Assembly: GCA_963737155.1 (NCBI GenBank)
Contig: CAVTRN010000001.1
Coordinates: 448,001-512,000, forward strand
Length of the DNA: 64,000 nucleotides
Source: Nitrospirota bacterium
Lineage (GTDB): Bacteria > Nitrospirota > UBA9217
Reading direction: 5' to 3'
The notes under the pieces: generated by a model
Database searches by the model: none
What the model was told of the DNA's origin: nothing
The model's input: the letters and a program-made list of their open reading frames with translations, nothing else
Shown: positions 10,443 to 21,898 of the stretch, in pieces
Layout of the letters: the number at the start of each line of letters is the position of its first letter
Position numbering within the stretch: position 1 is the first letter of the stretch
Translations under genes and position numbers: made by a program

Positions 10443-11426
10443 CTAGATGCCTCTTGCCACTTTCCGTAGACTCACGTCCCCCGCCGAAACGAAACGGATA
10501 CTGCCGTCATCGAGCCTGATGATGAGCCTACCATCCTCGTCAATACCCTGGGCCAGCCCTTCCAGCGTCTCACCGACACCGACCACACGAATCTGGCTCC
10601 CCACGGTCATGTTGAGCTTTTGCCATTCCTGCAGCACCTCCGGCGAATTTGCAAGAAACACTTGGTACCAGCGCTCGAGGCTTCGAAGGTGTTCCTGAAG
10701 GAGCAATGTCCTGTTTATCCTGTCTCCTGCTTCCGCGGCAAGCGATGTGCTGAAAACGCTGACTTCTGGTGGAAGTGTCTCCGGGGCCATATTCACGTTG
10801 ACGCCGATGCCGAGCACAATGTGACGGATCTGGTCTTGCTCAGCGCTCATCTCCGTAAGCAGGCCGCTCACTTTTTTACCGGATATCAGAATGTCATTCG
10901 GCCACTTGATTACAGCGGCTACTTGGCAGACTGTCCTGATCGCCGAGGCAACAGCGACGGCCCCCATCATCGTGATAAGCGGTGCTTTATACACGGGTAT
11001 CATCGGACGCAAGATGACGCTGAGGTAAAGGTTCCCTTTTGGTGAAATCCACGTTCTTCCAAGCCTGCCCTTGCCGCCGGACTGCGTTTCAGCGACCACC
11101 ACCGTTCCTTCAGGCGATCCCTTCGACGCCAGCTCCATGGCAAGAATGTTCGTGGAATCAACCTTGGGAAGAAGAACCAATTCTCTACCCATTTTTTTTG
11201 TCTTCAGCCCCTGCTTTATGTCACGCTCCCGGAGAATGTCGGGAACAGAGGTAATGCGGTACCCCTGTGATGGGACTGCTTCAATCACGAATCCGTCGCG
11301 TTCGAGCGATTTTATATGCTTCCACACCATGGTGCGGGAGATGCCGATCTTTCTCGCGAGTTCTTCACCGGACAGGAACCCGGACCGGGCAGACCGAAGA
11401 AGGTTCAGGATTTTATTTTTGGCCAT
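10443..11426 (-). CDS. birA: Bifunctional biotin ligase/repressor
   Basis: N-terminal HTH SGEELA..SRT.VWK, DSTN, GKGRLGRTW, KWPND, KVSG. Confidence 0.95.
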   Translation of the reverse strand: MAKNKILNLLRSARSGFLSGEELARKIGISRTMVWKHIKSLERDGFVIEAVPSQGYRITSVPDILRERDIKQGLKTKKMGRELVLLPKVDSTNILAMELASKGSPEGTVVVAETQSGGKGRLGRTWISPKGNLYLSVILRPMIPVYKAPLITMMGAVAVASAIRTVCQVAAVIKWPNDILISGKKVSGLLTEMSAEQDQIRHIVLGIGVNVNMAPETLPPEVSVFSTSLAAEAGDRINRTLLLQEHLRSLERWYQVFLANSPEVLQEWQKLNMTVGSQIRVVGVGETLEGLAQGIDEDGRLIIRLDDGSIRFVSAGDVSLRKVARGI

Positions 11427-11543
11427 AGAAATAGGGGGCAAAGGTCATCGAACAAGGAATTTAAAACTGGAACAAGTGATGGCGACGCTCTGTATGTTGT
11501 GACTCCAGTCGACCATTGCCTAAACCCCTGCCCTCTGAACCGC

Positions 11544-12365
11544 TTATTGTATTTTCATGCTGATGTCCACAGACGGCGCCGAGTGAGTCAGGCTGCCTGA
11601 AGAGATGAAATCAACTCCAGTTTCCGCAATTTGCCGGATGGTCTCAAGCGTGACATTACCAGACGCTTCAACGAGGGCGCACCCGGCAATCATTTTCACG
11701 GCATCCCGCATCACTTCTATCGGCATGTTATCGAGCATGATAACGTCTGCGTTTACAGCCAATGCCTCGCGCACGTCATCGAGTGTTTTGGTTTCAACTT
11801 CGATCTTCAGCAGATGGTGAGCGATCTTCCTTGCTCCTTCGACAGCCCTGGCGATACCGCCCGCCGCCTTGATATGATTGTCCTTAATCAGCACACCGTC
11901 GAAGAGTCCGAAACGATGGTTCTTCCCGCCGCCGACGCGTATCGCATATTTTTCGAGTTGTCTCAACCCCGGAAGCGTTTTTCGCGTGTCCAGCACACCG
12001 ACCTTTAACCCTCTGCACTTGTCGACATACTTCGCCGTCAGTGTGGCAATACCGGATAGATGCTGAAGTAGGTTCAGCGCCACCCGCTCGCCCGCGAGAA
12101 GAGCCCTCGTACTGCCGGACAGCTTTGCGATCTCCGTGCCTGCGTTTATCCTGCCGCCATCCATCGCAAAAACCGTAACTTGGATATCAGGATCTAGATG
12201 ATGAAACACCGCGCGGCTGACATCCAGTCCAGCCAGGACAAGGTCCTGCTTTGCGAGCATAACGGCTACGGAGACTGACTCTGCCCGAATGGTTGCTTCG
12301 GAGGTAATATCCCCGGGGCCAATGTCTTCGGCAAGTGCCAGTTCTATGAGTTTTCTTATATTCAT
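11544..12365 (-). CDS. nadC: Nicotinate-nucleotide pyrophosphorylase
   Basis: ED...GDITS, DTRKT.PG, HRFGL, IKDNH, IMLDN, EASG. Confidence 0.95.
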   Translation of the reverse strand: MNIRKLIELALAEDIGPGDITSEATIRAESVSVAVMLAKQDLVLAGLDVSRAVFHHLDPDIQVTVFAMDGGRINAGTEIAKLSGSTRALLAGERVALNLLQHLSGIATLTAKYVDKCRGLKVGVLDTRKTLPGLRQLEKYAIRVGGGKNHRFGLFDGVLIKDNHIKAAGGIARAVEGARKIAHHLLKIEVETKTLDDVREALAVNADVIMLDNMPIEVMRDAVKMIAGCALVEASGNVTLETIRQIAETGVDFISSGSLTHSAPSVDISMKIQ

Positions 12366-12385
12366 TTTTTATAGGATGACTAAAG

Positions 12386-15097
12386 TTACCCGAGCATCTT
12401 CAGGCTCTGCTCAAGCTTATCGCGCTTAGCCTTGAACTCTTTAAGTTTAGCAGTATCCTTTTCAACTACTTCTTTCGGCGCTTTATCCACAAAATTCCTG
12501 TTTGAAAGCTTATTGGAGAACACTTCAATATCTTTGGAGATCTTTGCGATTTCTTTCTGAAGCCGGTCGCGTTCCTGGGCGAAGTCGATGATGCCTTCGA
12601 GTGATACATATACCTCCGCGTCCTTGATCACCCCCATTGTCGCCGTTTTCGGCTTTTTCTCGCCTTCCCCTATTCGCAAATCAGACAACCGCGCAAGCGT
12701 CTTTACATAACCGGCAACCTTTTCGAGATGGTCTGCGATGTCCTTGCTCGCAACGTTTACGATGGCTTTTATCTGCATCGAGGGCGCTATATTCATCTCG
12801 CCGCGAATATTGCGGATAGCCATGATCAGATCCATTACCATTTGCATGTCCTGTTCGATCCCGGCATCAATCAGTTTTTCCGCCGCTGCTGGATATAAGG
12901 CGATCATGATCGATTCACATTTAACCCCTGCCCCCTGCTCTTTGACAGCCTCGGGCAGGTTCTGCCAGATTTCTTCGGTAATGAACGGCATGAAGGGATG
13001 CAGGAGACGAAGTTCAGTCTCCAGTACATGGGCAAGCACAGTCTGGGCAGCCTTTCGTTCCGCGGATCCCTTATCAGCATTGAGTGATGGCTTGGACAAC
13101 TCGAGATACCAGTCGCAGTACTCGTGCCAGATGAAATGATACAAGCTCGACGCCGCGTCGTTGAAGCGATAATCCGTGAGCGCTGCACACACCTCTTTTG
13201 TCACCGAGTTCAGGCGAGAGAGAATCCATTTATCGGCAAGCGACGTCTCCTTCGTTATGAGCTGCCCATTCGGCGCAAAGTCCTCCTCGATGTTCATGAA
13301 AACAAACCTGCTAGCGTTCCAGATTTTGTTCGCGAAGTTACGGTAGCCCTCGATGCGCTCCGTGGACATCTTTATGTCCCTGCCCTGGGCCGCAAACGCC
13401 GCAAGTGTGAACCGGAAAGCGTCGGTTCCATACTGATCGATCATGACTAGCGGGTCTATGACATTGCCCTTGGACTTGCTCATTTTTTGGCCTTCAGCAT
13501 CACGCACGAGCGCGTGAATGTAAACGTCTTTGAAGGGTACTTCATTCCTGAAGTGGAGGCCCATCATGATCATGCGCGCGACCCAGAAAAAGATGATGTC
13601 GAAGCTCGTGACCAGAACGGTCGTGGGATAATAAACCGCAAGCTCCTTGGTCTGATCGGGCCAGCCGAGAGTTGAAAATGGCCAGAGAGCCGATGAGAAC
13701 CACGTATCGAGCACATCCGTTTCCTGATGCAGGTGACCGCTCCCACATTTTATGCACGCATCAGCATCGGTACGGCTGACCGTAATCGTCCCGCACTCGT
13801 CACAGTACCACGCGGGGATTCGATGGCCCCACCAGATCTGGCGGGAAATGCACCAGTCCTTGATGTTTCTCATCCATTCGAAATAGGTGTTCTCCCACCC
13901 CTTGGGAACGAACTGCACCCTCCCCTCTTCCACGGCCCTGACCGCTGGCTCGGCAAGCGGCCTCGTATTGACGAACCATTGCGGTGATAGATAAGGTTCG
14001 ACCACGGACCTGCAGCGATAGCACTTGCCCAGGGAATGGGTGTGTTCTTCGGTCTTGACCAGGAAACCACGGGTCTGCAGAAGCTCGACAACGACGCCGC
14101 GCGCTTTTTTTGCGGGTTTTCCCTCAACTAGTTTCTGCACATCGGAAAGCACATCGGGGATATCGTGAAGGATCTCCGCCTTGTCATCGAGCATCTTGAT
14201 GCGCGGGAGGTTGGGCAATTGCCGCTGACCCGCTTCGTAGTCGTTGAAATCATGGGCCGGGGTCACCTTTACGGCACCAGTGCCGAATTCCAGATCGACG
14301 AGGACAGAATCGCCGATGATCGGGATGCGGCGCGTCGTGAGCGGTAAATCAACGGTTTTACCGATAAGGTCTTTGTACCGGGGGTCGAGCGGATGGACGG
14401 CAACGGCCGTATCGCCGAACATCGTTTCGGGCCGCGTCGTCGCAACGGTCAGGCGGATGTTGTGGTCGTGGCTTAGCGGATAGGAAATGTGGTACAACTT
14501 GCCCCTCTCGTCCTCATGTTCCACCTCGATGTCCGACAGCGCGGTGTGGCAACGGGGGCACCAGTTGATCAACCGCTCACCTCGATAAATGAGCCCTTCT
14601 TCATAGAGCGTTACGAAGACCTCCCGCACTGCGCGCGAGAGACCATCGTCCATGGTGAACCGCTCCCGCTGCCAGTCGCAGGATGCCCCCATGCGCTTAA
14701 GCTGATTGATGATCCTGCTGCCATACTCTTTTTTCCACTCCCAGACCTTTTCAATGAATTTTTCCCGGCCAAAAACGTGTCGGTCGATGTTCTCCTTTGC
14801 AAGTTGCCGTTCCACAACATTCTGCGTGGCAATGCCTGCGTGGTCCGTGCCTGGCACCCAAAGCGTGTTCCTTCCTGACATGCGCATCCAGCGAATGAGA
14901 ACATCCTGAAGCGTCGAATTCAGCGCATGGCCGATATGGAGCGATCCGGTGACATTCGGCGGAGGAATCACGATCGAGAATGCCCTGCCACCGGCGTCGG
15001 GATCTGCATGAAAGTAATTCTTCTCGGACCAAAAGCTATACCACTTCCGCTCCACGGCTTTCGGTTCATAAACTTTGGGCAATTCCCGTGATGGCAT
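12386..15097 (-). CDS. valS: Valine--tRNA ligase
   Basis: PPPNVTGSLHIGH, DWCISRQ, KMSKS, C-terminal coiled coil. Confidence 0.97.
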   Translation of the reverse strand: MPSRELPKVYEPKAVERKWYSFWSEKNYFHADPDAGGRAFSIVIPPPNVTGSLHIGHALNSTLQDVLIRWMRMSGRNTLWVPGTDHAGIATQNVVERQLAKENIDRHVFGREKFIEKVWEWKKEYGSRIINQLKRMGASCDWQRERFTMDDGLSRAVREVFVTLYEEGLIYRGERLINWCPRCHTALSDIEVEHEDERGKLYHISYPLSHDHNIRLTVATTRPETMFGDTAVAVHPLDPRYKDLIGKTVDLPLTTRRIPIIGDSVLVDLEFGTGAVKVTPAHDFNDYEAGQRQLPNLPRIKMLDDKAEILHDIPDVLSDVQKLVEGKPAKKARGVVVELLQTRGFLVKTEEHTHSLGKCYRCRSVVEPYLSPQWFVNTRPLAEPAVRAVEEGRVQFVPKGWENTYFEWMRNIKDWCISRQIWWGHRIPAWYCDECGTITVSRTDADACIKCGSGHLHQETDVLDTWFSSALWPFSTLGWPDQTKELAVYYPTTVLVTSFDIIFFWVARMIMMGLHFRNEVPFKDVYIHALVRDAEGQKMSKSKGNVIDPLVMIDQYGTDAFRFTLAAFAAQGRDIKMSTERIEGYRNFANKIWNASRFVFMNIEEDFAPNGQLITKETSLADKWILSRLNSVTKEVCAALTDYRFNDAASSLYHFIWHEYCDWYLELSKPSLNADKGSAERKAAQTVLAHVLETELRLLHPFMPFITEEIWQNLPEAVKEQGAGVKCESIMIALYPAAAEKLIDAGIEQDMQMVMDLIMAIRNIRGEMNIAPSMQIKAIVNVASKDIADHLEKVAGYVKTLARLSDLRIGEGEKKPKTATMGVIKDAEVYVSLEGIIDFAQERDRLQKEIAKISKDIEVFSNKLSNRNFVDKAPKEVVEKDTAKLKEFKAKRDKLEQSLKMLG

Positions 15098-15136
15098 TGA
15101 AAATGCTCTCCTTAATAAAAAGCGCTCGCTTGGAAT

Positions 15137-15160
15137 AAAAAGAGGGGAACAAGTCCCCTC
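15137..15160 (-). terminator. Intrinsic terminator between romR-like gene and valS
   Basis: GAGGGGAC-tt-GTTCCCCTC-TTTTT. Confidence 0.7.
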
Positions 15161-15203
15161 GGCAATACATCCCGAATTCTCCGAATCCAACAGTCCTGTT
15201 GTT

Positions 15204-16577
15204 TTATGTTTCAGCCTTGAGGCGTTCGATCTCTTCTTTTATCAAATGCTCCGCCAGTTGAGGGATCACTTCCCAGGACACCTGCTCAATTACTTCTTTT
15301 GCCATCTCGCGGGCAATCTGTGAAAGAACCGATTCAAGCCCTCTTCTGACCGTTTCATTGGAGATTTTCGGTATTGGCGGGGGCGGCAGGTTTTTGAATA
15401 CGTCCAACGCCATCTTGTTGATCGTTGCTTCCGCCATTTTCCTGAGTTCGCTCTCCGGCAGTGTCGAAGGTTTGGGAATAGCCGTCTTTTCTAGCGTCTC
15501 ATTCACGAATTTTAGGACATTCTCCTCCACCAAACAACGCAGCATCTCTTCGAGAGCTTGAGGTAGCTTTTTCTCAAATACATTTTTAATCATGTTCGCC
15601 GCCGCTTCTTCAATCACGCTCCGCACCACTTCGTCGGAGATTTTTGGCGGCTGGACCGGCGGCATCTGGGCAAACACGTCCTTTGCCATCTTCGTAATGA
15701 TATCTTCCGCCATTTTCCTCAGTTCATCAGCGGACAACGTTGAAGAGACGGCTATGGTCTCAGTCGGCATCGCCGGATGCGACGAGACCGGCGGCATGGA
15801 GACATCTTCCGTCGCTGGCGTCGCCATCGCTGCCTCAAATGATCCGTTGGGAATGGCCTCCGGTGCGGTCTCCACGGTCTGGTCCGTCAGTCCCAGACCA
15901 GCCGGCATCTCATCAAGTGCCTTATCATTACCGACAGGCAAGGCCGCTACTATTTTCCGGCCAAGCGGCTCCATCACCTCTTCCACATCCGGCTCCACCT
16001 CATACACCGTCTCCGCCTCGGGGATTGCCGGAGCTGCGGCCTTTTTGAATTCTGATTCGGTGGGCGCCTCCTGAATAATATCAAATATATCTGTATACGC
16101 TTTCTGAACCGGATTAGCTGCCTGCAACGCTGCATCGGAGAAATATGCGGCCGGCGCCGAGGGTTGCGGACCAGCGGCCGGCTTCTCAACCTCAGCAAGC
16201 TTCGGCGGTGCCGCGGCAAGAGCTTTTTTCACTTTGCCGATCAACTCCTGCGATTCAAAGGGCTTGGCGATATTGTCGATGATGCCTGCGTGCCTTCCTT
16301 TGGTTGAATCATAAACATCATCCCTGCTCATCATGAGAATGACGGGCGTTTGTGCAAGTAACGGCGTCTGCTTCAGCCGTTCGGAAAATGCATATCCGTC
16401 AAGACGCGGCAAGTCCACATCGGCAAGAATGACGTCGGGAATCACGCGGGCCGCCTCACTCAAGGCCTCGTCCCCGTCGCTTACGCTTGTGACTTCGTAG
16501 TCGCGTCCGGAAAAAAGCATTTCCACCACCCTCTGAATGGTGATGCTCTTATCAGCCAGCAAAATCTTAACAGGCAT
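15204..16577 (-). CDS. romR: RomR-like response regulator (REC, Pro/Ala-rich linker, RomR-type C-terminus)
   Basis: N-terminal receiver; C-terminal EVIEQVSWEVIPQLAEHLIKEEIERLK resembles the RomR C-terminal motif; adjacent to valS. Confidence 0.75.
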   Translation of the reverse strand: MPVKILLADKSITIQRVVEMLFSGRDYEVTSVSDGDEALSEAARVIPDVILADVDLPRLDGYAFSERLKQTPLLAQTPVILMMSRDDVYDSTKGRHAGIIDNIAKPFESQELIGKVKKALAAAPPKLAEVEKPAAGPQPSAPAAYFSDAALQAANPVQKAYTDIFDIIQEAPTESEFKKAAAPAIPEAETVYEVEPDVEEVMEPLGRKIVAALPVGNDKALDEMPAGLGLTDQTVETAPEAIPNGSFEAAMATPATEDVSMPPVSSHPAMPTETIAVSSTLSADELRKMAEDIITKMAKDVFAQMPPVQPPKISDEVVRSVIEEAAANMIKNVFEKKLPQALEEMLRCLVEENVLKFVNETLEKTAIPKPSTLPESELRKMAEATINKMALDVFKNLPPPPIPKISNETVRRGLESVLSQIAREMAKEVIEQVSWEVIPQLAEHLIKEEIERLKAET

Positions 16578-16758
16578 GGAACACCCTTTCAAAATCAATG
16601 ATCATGACTTGCTTACCACTATCGAATTCGAGACCTTATACATAATTGAGAATCGACTGATTTCGAATTCACGGGAGAATCGGTTGGTTCCTCATAGCTC
16701 TGTCCCTCTTATGATAATATCAGAAATCGATTCCCTTCGTCCATAGTTGTTTTTGGCG

Positions 16759-19437
16759 TCATGTTCGGCCGACGTACATAACGCCGGTCAGCAGTTTATT
16801 GAGCGCACCCAGCAATTCCTTCTCCTCAAAAGGCTTTACGAGGTAGTCCCGGGCGCCCATCTCCGTGGCTTTCTGTCGATGCTTGTCGCCAGCACGCGAG
16901 GTCAGCACAATGACGGGGATATGCGCGAGGTCGGGATTCTTTTTCATCTCGGCCATGAGGTCGTATCCATGCATAACGGGCATTTCAAGATCGGTGATGA
17001 CGATGTCGAATTTGACCCTGCCCATGATATTAAGGGCTTCCATGCCGTCAGACGCCACCTCCACTTCATAGCCGGTGCGATCGAGGAAGCGTTGCACGTA
17101 TTTTCTTATGCTGATGGAATCATCAACTACAAGGAGTCTGGGCTTCCGGTTCGAGATCGCCTGCGTGATGGGAATTTCACGCGACGACATGTCGACGTGG
17201 GCCTTGGCTGCAATCAGGCCCTCTTCACCGAAAAGAGATGCGATGTTGATGATGAGGCGTACATTGCCTTCGCCGGAAATCGTTGCACCGGAAAAAAGCT
17301 TGATACCCTTTAAATAATCGCCAAGAGATTTCACGACGATCTCTTCCCGACCGAGGATCTCCTCCACCATAAGCGCGATCCGCTTCTCGGCCATGCCGAG
17401 AATCAGCGTCGGGTGGCGGAAGGAGTCGTCTTTTTTCGGGAACTTGCTTACACCCAGCAAATCATTCAACTTGAGAAGCCTTATCATCGAACCGCGCAGG
17501 CTAACCATCTCGTTACCGGCCGCCCGCTGAATGTCCTTGTACGCAAATCGCGTCGTTTCCTCGACAAGATTCATCGGAACGGCAATTTCCTGGTCCTTTA
17601 ACTTCACGATCAATGCCTGGGCAGTGGCGAGTGTAAGCGGAAGCCGGATTACGAACTTGGTTCCCACATCCACTGCGGTCTTGATCTCGATCCTCCCGTT
17701 GATCCTGGCGAGGTTGTTGGAAACAACATCCATGCCTACGCCACGGCCCGAAACCTTGGTGATCTTCGATGCCGTGGAAAAGCCCGGACGGAAGATCAGG
17801 TTGATGGCCTCCAGGTCCGTCAGGGACTGCGCCTCAGCCTGGCTCATGAAACCCTTGTCAACAGCGGTCTTTCTAAGCGCTGCGATATCCATACCGCGGC
17901 CGTCGTCATCGATCTGGACAATGATGCTATTTCCTTCGTGCCGGGCGTTCAGTATCAGCGTACCAGTCGGCTCTTTCCCGAGGGCTCTTCGCTCCGTAAC
18001 GGTTTCAATGCCGTGGGATACGGCATTTCTGATCATGTGCATAAGCGGATCGGTAATGATCTCGAAAATCGTCTTGTCAATCTTTGTCTCGCCGCCCAAA
18101 AACACCATATTGACTTCCTTACCCTCTTCGCGGGCAAGATCGCGGACGGGCCGCTGAAACATCTGGTAAAGCTTGTCCATCTCGACCATGCGAGCCTGGG
18201 TGATCTCGTCCTTCAGGTTAGTGGTAATGGTCGAAATTCGCGCAGTGTCAAGTTCGAAGGAATCAAAAAAACCGGCAAGCTCCGTCATAATTTCGTTTGT
18301 ATCATTCGTGATTTCCGTCAGCTTACGCGATAATAGGTTGAAGTCGTCATAGCGATCAAACTCGAGTTCAAAAAAGTCGTCGAATTGCACGGCAACATTC
18401 TGCTGCTGAGGCGTGACATCAGCCATCACCGTGTATTCGTATTTTTGCTCGAACTTTTTGATCTCGTGGAGCAACCGGTTCTGGCTGAAATCAAGTTCCT
18501 CCCGAAGCGTTTTAATCAAGTCAACCTGACGCGCAAGCCGGTTGCGGTTAACAACCATCTCTCCCACCAGGTTCATGAGATTGTCGAGCCGCTCGATATT
18601 GACACGAATAAACTGATTTTCACGGTCCGGCGCATCCGTGGCACGGCGTCCGATGCCGCGTTTTTCATGGATACCGATATTTTTAGCCTCGTCGATCTCC
18701 TGTTGGAGTGGACGTCCCGGCGCCGTCTGAGGCCGGGACCCGGCAAGGGAGTCAGCCGCTGGCTTCGGTCCGGGAGAGGAGGTCAGTGCGGGAGGCATTT
18801 TCGCTGCTGCCGGCACTGACAGGGCAGCTGGCGTTGCAGGAGGGTACGACACCGGCGCTTTCTGGACAGCAGGCGGTGGAAGAGGTGGTATTGCCGATGT
18901 AGCCTTTTCAATGTCTCTGTCAAAGATTTTTTCCCACGCAATATCCATGTCGTCATTACGATCCTGCAGACCCTTGTGGGCTTCAGGAGGCTGAAGCGTC
19001 CCGCTTTTATCAACATGCTGCTTCGCTATCGTCATTTCCCGGGAAGCGGCAACTATGTCCTTATAGGCTTGTCCTACGGATTCGACTACCAGAGGATCCT
19101 CGGGCTCACTGGCTGCCACGCCGTCCACCATGACCTTGACGGCGTCGACACTGTCAAAGAGAAAATTCAAGGTCTCTTTACAAATGGCAATCGAGCCATC
19201 GCGAAACATGCTGAGCATGTCCTCAGCATTGTGGGCCACGCTGCTGACCCCTTGGTATCCCATCATGGCTGCTGATCCCTTCAGCGTGTGCGCAGCGCGA
19301 AAAAGCTCATCAATCATGCTGGTATCAGCTGGGTCCTTTTCGAGAGACAGAAGGCCCCTGTTCAGGTTTTGAAGATGCTCACCCGCCTCAATCAGGAAAA
19401 ACTCTATGATGCTAGATTTGTCCAACGGATCATTCAT
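16759..19437 (-). CDS. CheA-like hybrid kinase (Hpt-HATPase-CheW-REC; ChpA-like)
   Basis: FRAAHTLKGS, HMIRNAVSHG, DDGRG, GFST...SGRGVGMD, C-terminal receiver. Confidence 0.93.
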   Translation of the reverse strand: MNDPLDKSSIIEFFLIEAGEHLQNLNRGLLSLEKDPADTSMIDELFRAAHTLKGSAAMMGYQGVSSVAHNAEDMLSMFRDGSIAICKETLNFLFDSVDAVKVMVDGVAASEPEDPLVVESVGQAYKDIVAASREMTIAKQHVDKSGTLQPPEAHKGLQDRNDDMDIAWEKIFDRDIEKATSAIPPLPPPAVQKAPVSYPPATPAALSVPAAAKMPPALTSSPGPKPAADSLAGSRPQTAPGRPLQQEIDEAKNIGIHEKRGIGRRATDAPDRENQFIRVNIERLDNLMNLVGEMVVNRNRLARQVDLIKTLREELDFSQNRLLHEIKKFEQKYEYTVMADVTPQQQNVAVQFDDFFELEFDRYDDFNLLSRKLTEITNDTNEIMTELAGFFDSFELDTARISTITTNLKDEITQARMVEMDKLYQMFQRPVRDLAREEGKEVNMVFLGGETKIDKTIFEIITDPLMHMIRNAVSHGIETVTERRALGKEPTGTLILNARHEGNSIIVQIDDDGRGMDIAALRKTAVDKGFMSQAEAQSLTDLEAINLIFRPGFSTASKITKVSGRGVGMDVVSNNLARINGRIEIKTAVDVGTKFVIRLPLTLATAQALIVKLKDQEIAVPMNLVEETTRFAYKDIQRAAGNEMVSLRGSMIRLLKLNDLLGVSKFPKKDDSFRHPTLILGMAEKRIALMVEEILGREEIVVKSLGDYLKGIKLFSGATISGEGNVRLIINIASLFGEEGLIAAKAHVDMSSREIPITQAISNRKPRLLVVDDSISIRKYVQRFLDRTGYEVEVASDGMEALNIMGRVKFDIVITDLEMPVMHGYDLMAEMKKNPDLAHIPVIVLTSRAGDKHRQKATEMGARDYLVKPFEEKELLGALNKLLTGVMYVGRT

Positions 19438-19442
19438 ATGCG

Positions 19443-21299
19443 CTATTCGACCAGGCCAAGTTTAATTTCCTCATCACTCGTGGTAACTTGCTCCGTAACC
19501 GGTTGATAGCTATCAAGCGAAGAGAGCGGTATTTCCCTGCCCGCGCCGTCCTGCCCGATCTTGAATCTCCCGATGGCGTCGGTCAGTCGCCTGGTGAGAC
19601 CCGCCAGGTTATTTATTGTCTGCACAGTCCCCTGTACGCCGCTGGTCGTATCCTGTGTCAATTGAGAAATATTTTCCATGGTATGCGCGACGCTTTCCGT
19701 CGACTTCACCTGATCGGCCGCCGCCCTCGTGATGTCACTCATGAGGGTCGATGTCTGTTTCACGATCTGTTCGATCTCGCGGAGCGCGGCGCCTGCCTGA
19801 TCGGCAAGTTTAGTACCTTCCTCCACCTCACGGGTGCCTTCCTCCATAACCTTCACGGCTTCGCTTGTTTCGGCCTGGATGCTCTTGATCAGGCCTGTAA
19901 TGTCCTTCGTGGCGCGGGCCGCGCGCTCAGCGAGTTTCCTCACTTCATCAGCAACCACGGCGAAACCCCTGCCCTGTTCACCCGCGCGGGCCGCCTCGAT
20001 AGCTGCATTCAGCGCAAGAAGGTTCGTCTGTGTCGCGATTTCGTTGATTACTTCGATGATGGCGCCGATTTCCAGGGAGCGTTCGCCGAGGCCCTTGATT
20101 TTTTTCCCGGTTGACTGCACGGTGACGCGGATGCGCTGCATGCCCTTGATCGTTTCGGACACGGCCATCCCGCCCTTGATAGCCGCTTGAGTGGCTTTGA
20201 CCGATGTCTGCGTTGCCGCTTCGGCGTTTTCAGCCATACGCAGGGTCGTTAGGGACATGGCGTTCACAGCGTCCGATGCATTTCGGATCTGTAATGCCTG
20301 CTGTTCAGCGCCCACCCTCATACGCTCCGCGGACCGGAGGATATCACCGGTGGATCGCTGAATTTGAGTGGCCACATTGCTGGCATGCGTGACGAGAGTA
20401 GTCAAACCAGCAATCATAAGGTTGAATGCGTCCGCCACGGACCCGAGGGCGTCGGCGGTCACTTCTGCTTTGATTGTGAGGTCGCCCTCCGCTGCAGTGC
20501 TCACAATCGAGAGAAGGTTCATGACCTGGTGCTGCATCTTGTCCCGGTCCGTCTCGGTCTGGACTAGGCCCTGAAGACGCTCGATCATTCGGTTCAGTGT
20601 GTCGCCCAACTGGCCAAGTTCGTCTCCGGTTTTCACGGCCACCTTTTTCGATAGCTCACCACGTCCGAGAGCTTCAGCGACCCGCATCAGGTCCTTAACC
20701 GGGGCGATGATTATAGCGGTAATGACCATGGTGACGACTGACAGGATAATGAGTGCCACGATGCCCACGCCCATGATGTTCATGAGGAGGTTCCTGGTAT
20801 TGGTCTTGATCAGCGTCACGTTAAGGCCCACATGGACGGAGCCGAGGATCCCGCCGCCTATAGGCGCGGTAATATCTATGACCTCGATTGTGCTGTCCTT
20901 AAGGTTTATCTGCGCAGGCTGCTCTCCGTAGGGAACGCCCGGTTTAAGAATGATGTTCTGAAGTTCCACGGGAAGGACGTTTCCTTCGAAAGTAGACGCG
21001 AGGACTTTCCCCCTGCTGTCGCGAATGAAGCAGTAAGCGATATCCGGCCGGCCGGCAGCCTCCCCCGCTATAAGTTGGAGAGCATTCTGGTCCTGCGCCT
21101 GGGCCGGCCCCACGGCCTTGGCTCCGAGATCCTCCGCCACGATCAATGCCTTATTGACCGCCTCCTCCCTCATCGTGTTCTGAATCTGGATGTAGATAAA
21201 ACCGAGAATGCCTGCTCCGAAAAGCGCCGACATGCCGATAATCATGAGCACGATCTTTGTTCTTATACTCATCCGGTAGAAAGGGTTGATGTTTTTCAT
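19443..21299 (-). CDS. Methyl-accepting chemotaxis protein (PilJ-like)
   Basis: Two TM segments, [39 protein letters not shown]; RBS AGGAG before ATG 21299. Confidence 0.93.
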   Translation of the reverse strand: MKNINPFYRMSIRTKIVLMIIGMSALFGAGILGFIYIQIQNTMREEAVNKALIVAEDLGAKAVGPAQAQDQNALQLIAGEAAGRPDIAYCFIRDSRGKVLASTFEGNVLPVELQNIILKPGVPYGEQPAQINLKDSTIEVIDITAPIGGGILGSVHVGLNVTLIKTNTRNLLMNIMGVGIVALIILSVVTMVITAIIIAPVKDLMRVAEALGRGELSKKVAVKTGDELGQLGDTLNRMIERLQGLVQTETDRDKMQHQVMNLLSIVSTAAEGDLTIKAEVTADALGSVADAFNLMIAGLTTLVTHASNVATQIQRSTGDILRSAERMRVGAEQQALQIRNASDAVNAMSLTTLRMAENAEAATQTSVKATQAAIKGGMAVSETIKGMQRIRVTVQSTGKKIKGLGERSLEIGAIIEVINEIATQTNLLALNAAIEAARAGEQGRGFAVVADEVRKLAERAARATKDITGLIKSIQAETSEAVKVMEEGTREVEEGTKLADQAGAALREIEQIVKQTSTLMSDITRAAADQVKSTESVAHTMENISQLTQDTTSGVQGTVQTINNLAGLTRRLTDAIGRFKIGQDGAGREIPLSSLDSYQPVTEQVTTSDEEIKLGLVE

Positions 21300-21385
21300 C
21301 GTTTTACTCCTTGAGGAAAGAAGCTTCTGACTTTCCCCCCCGAGACTTGCCGCAGCTACGGAACCAGACCGCAGAGATCCGATGT

Positions 21386-21880
21386 TCAAGTCAGCATAAT
21401 CTCATCAATAACTCGCTCTATATCCAGAAGTGCCACAACACCCGTATCTCGCTGAACAACTCCCTGCAAGAAACGGGTACGGCTCTTGACGGTCTTCTGG
21501 ATTCCCGTTTCGGGCGGGAGTGGCCGGATATGGCTTGTGGGAATGGAGATTATGGTTGACACGTTATCAACGATAAAGCCGAGCATCATGGACCCCCTCT
21601 TAACGATCGCAATCTGTCCGGGAACTGAACGCTGCGGGAGGGAAAGCGCTGGGCGGATATCGATGATCGGCACAATGTTCCCCCGCAGGTTGATGACTCC
21701 TAGCACGTGCGATGGGGTAGTCGGGACGGGAAAAATTTTCTGAGAGGTGATGATTTCTATTAACGCTTCGACCGGAATTGCAAACGTGTCATCGCTTATA
21801 CTGAAGAGGCATATTTGTACGTTCTCATCCGGCAGAACACCTATCGCATCCGCGGTGACGTCGTTATTAATTACGGCCAA
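21386..21880 (-). CDS. cheW: CheW adaptor (PilI-like)
   Basis: [21 protein letters not shown]. Confidence 0.92.
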   Translation of the reverse strand: MAVINNDVTADAIGVLPDENVQICLFSISDDTFAIPVEALIEIITSQKIFPVPTTPSHVLGVINLRGNIVPIIDIRPALSLPQRSVPGQIAIVKRGSMMLGFIVDNVSTIISIPTSHIRPLPPETGIQKTVKSRTRFLQGVVQRDTGVVALLDIERVIDEIMLT

Positions 21881-21898
21881 ACGGGTCCCCTCCCGGAA

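Noticed and set aside
15098-15200. T-box leader for valS
   Set aside because: Gap is too short and lacks the T-box consensus; only a terminator is present.
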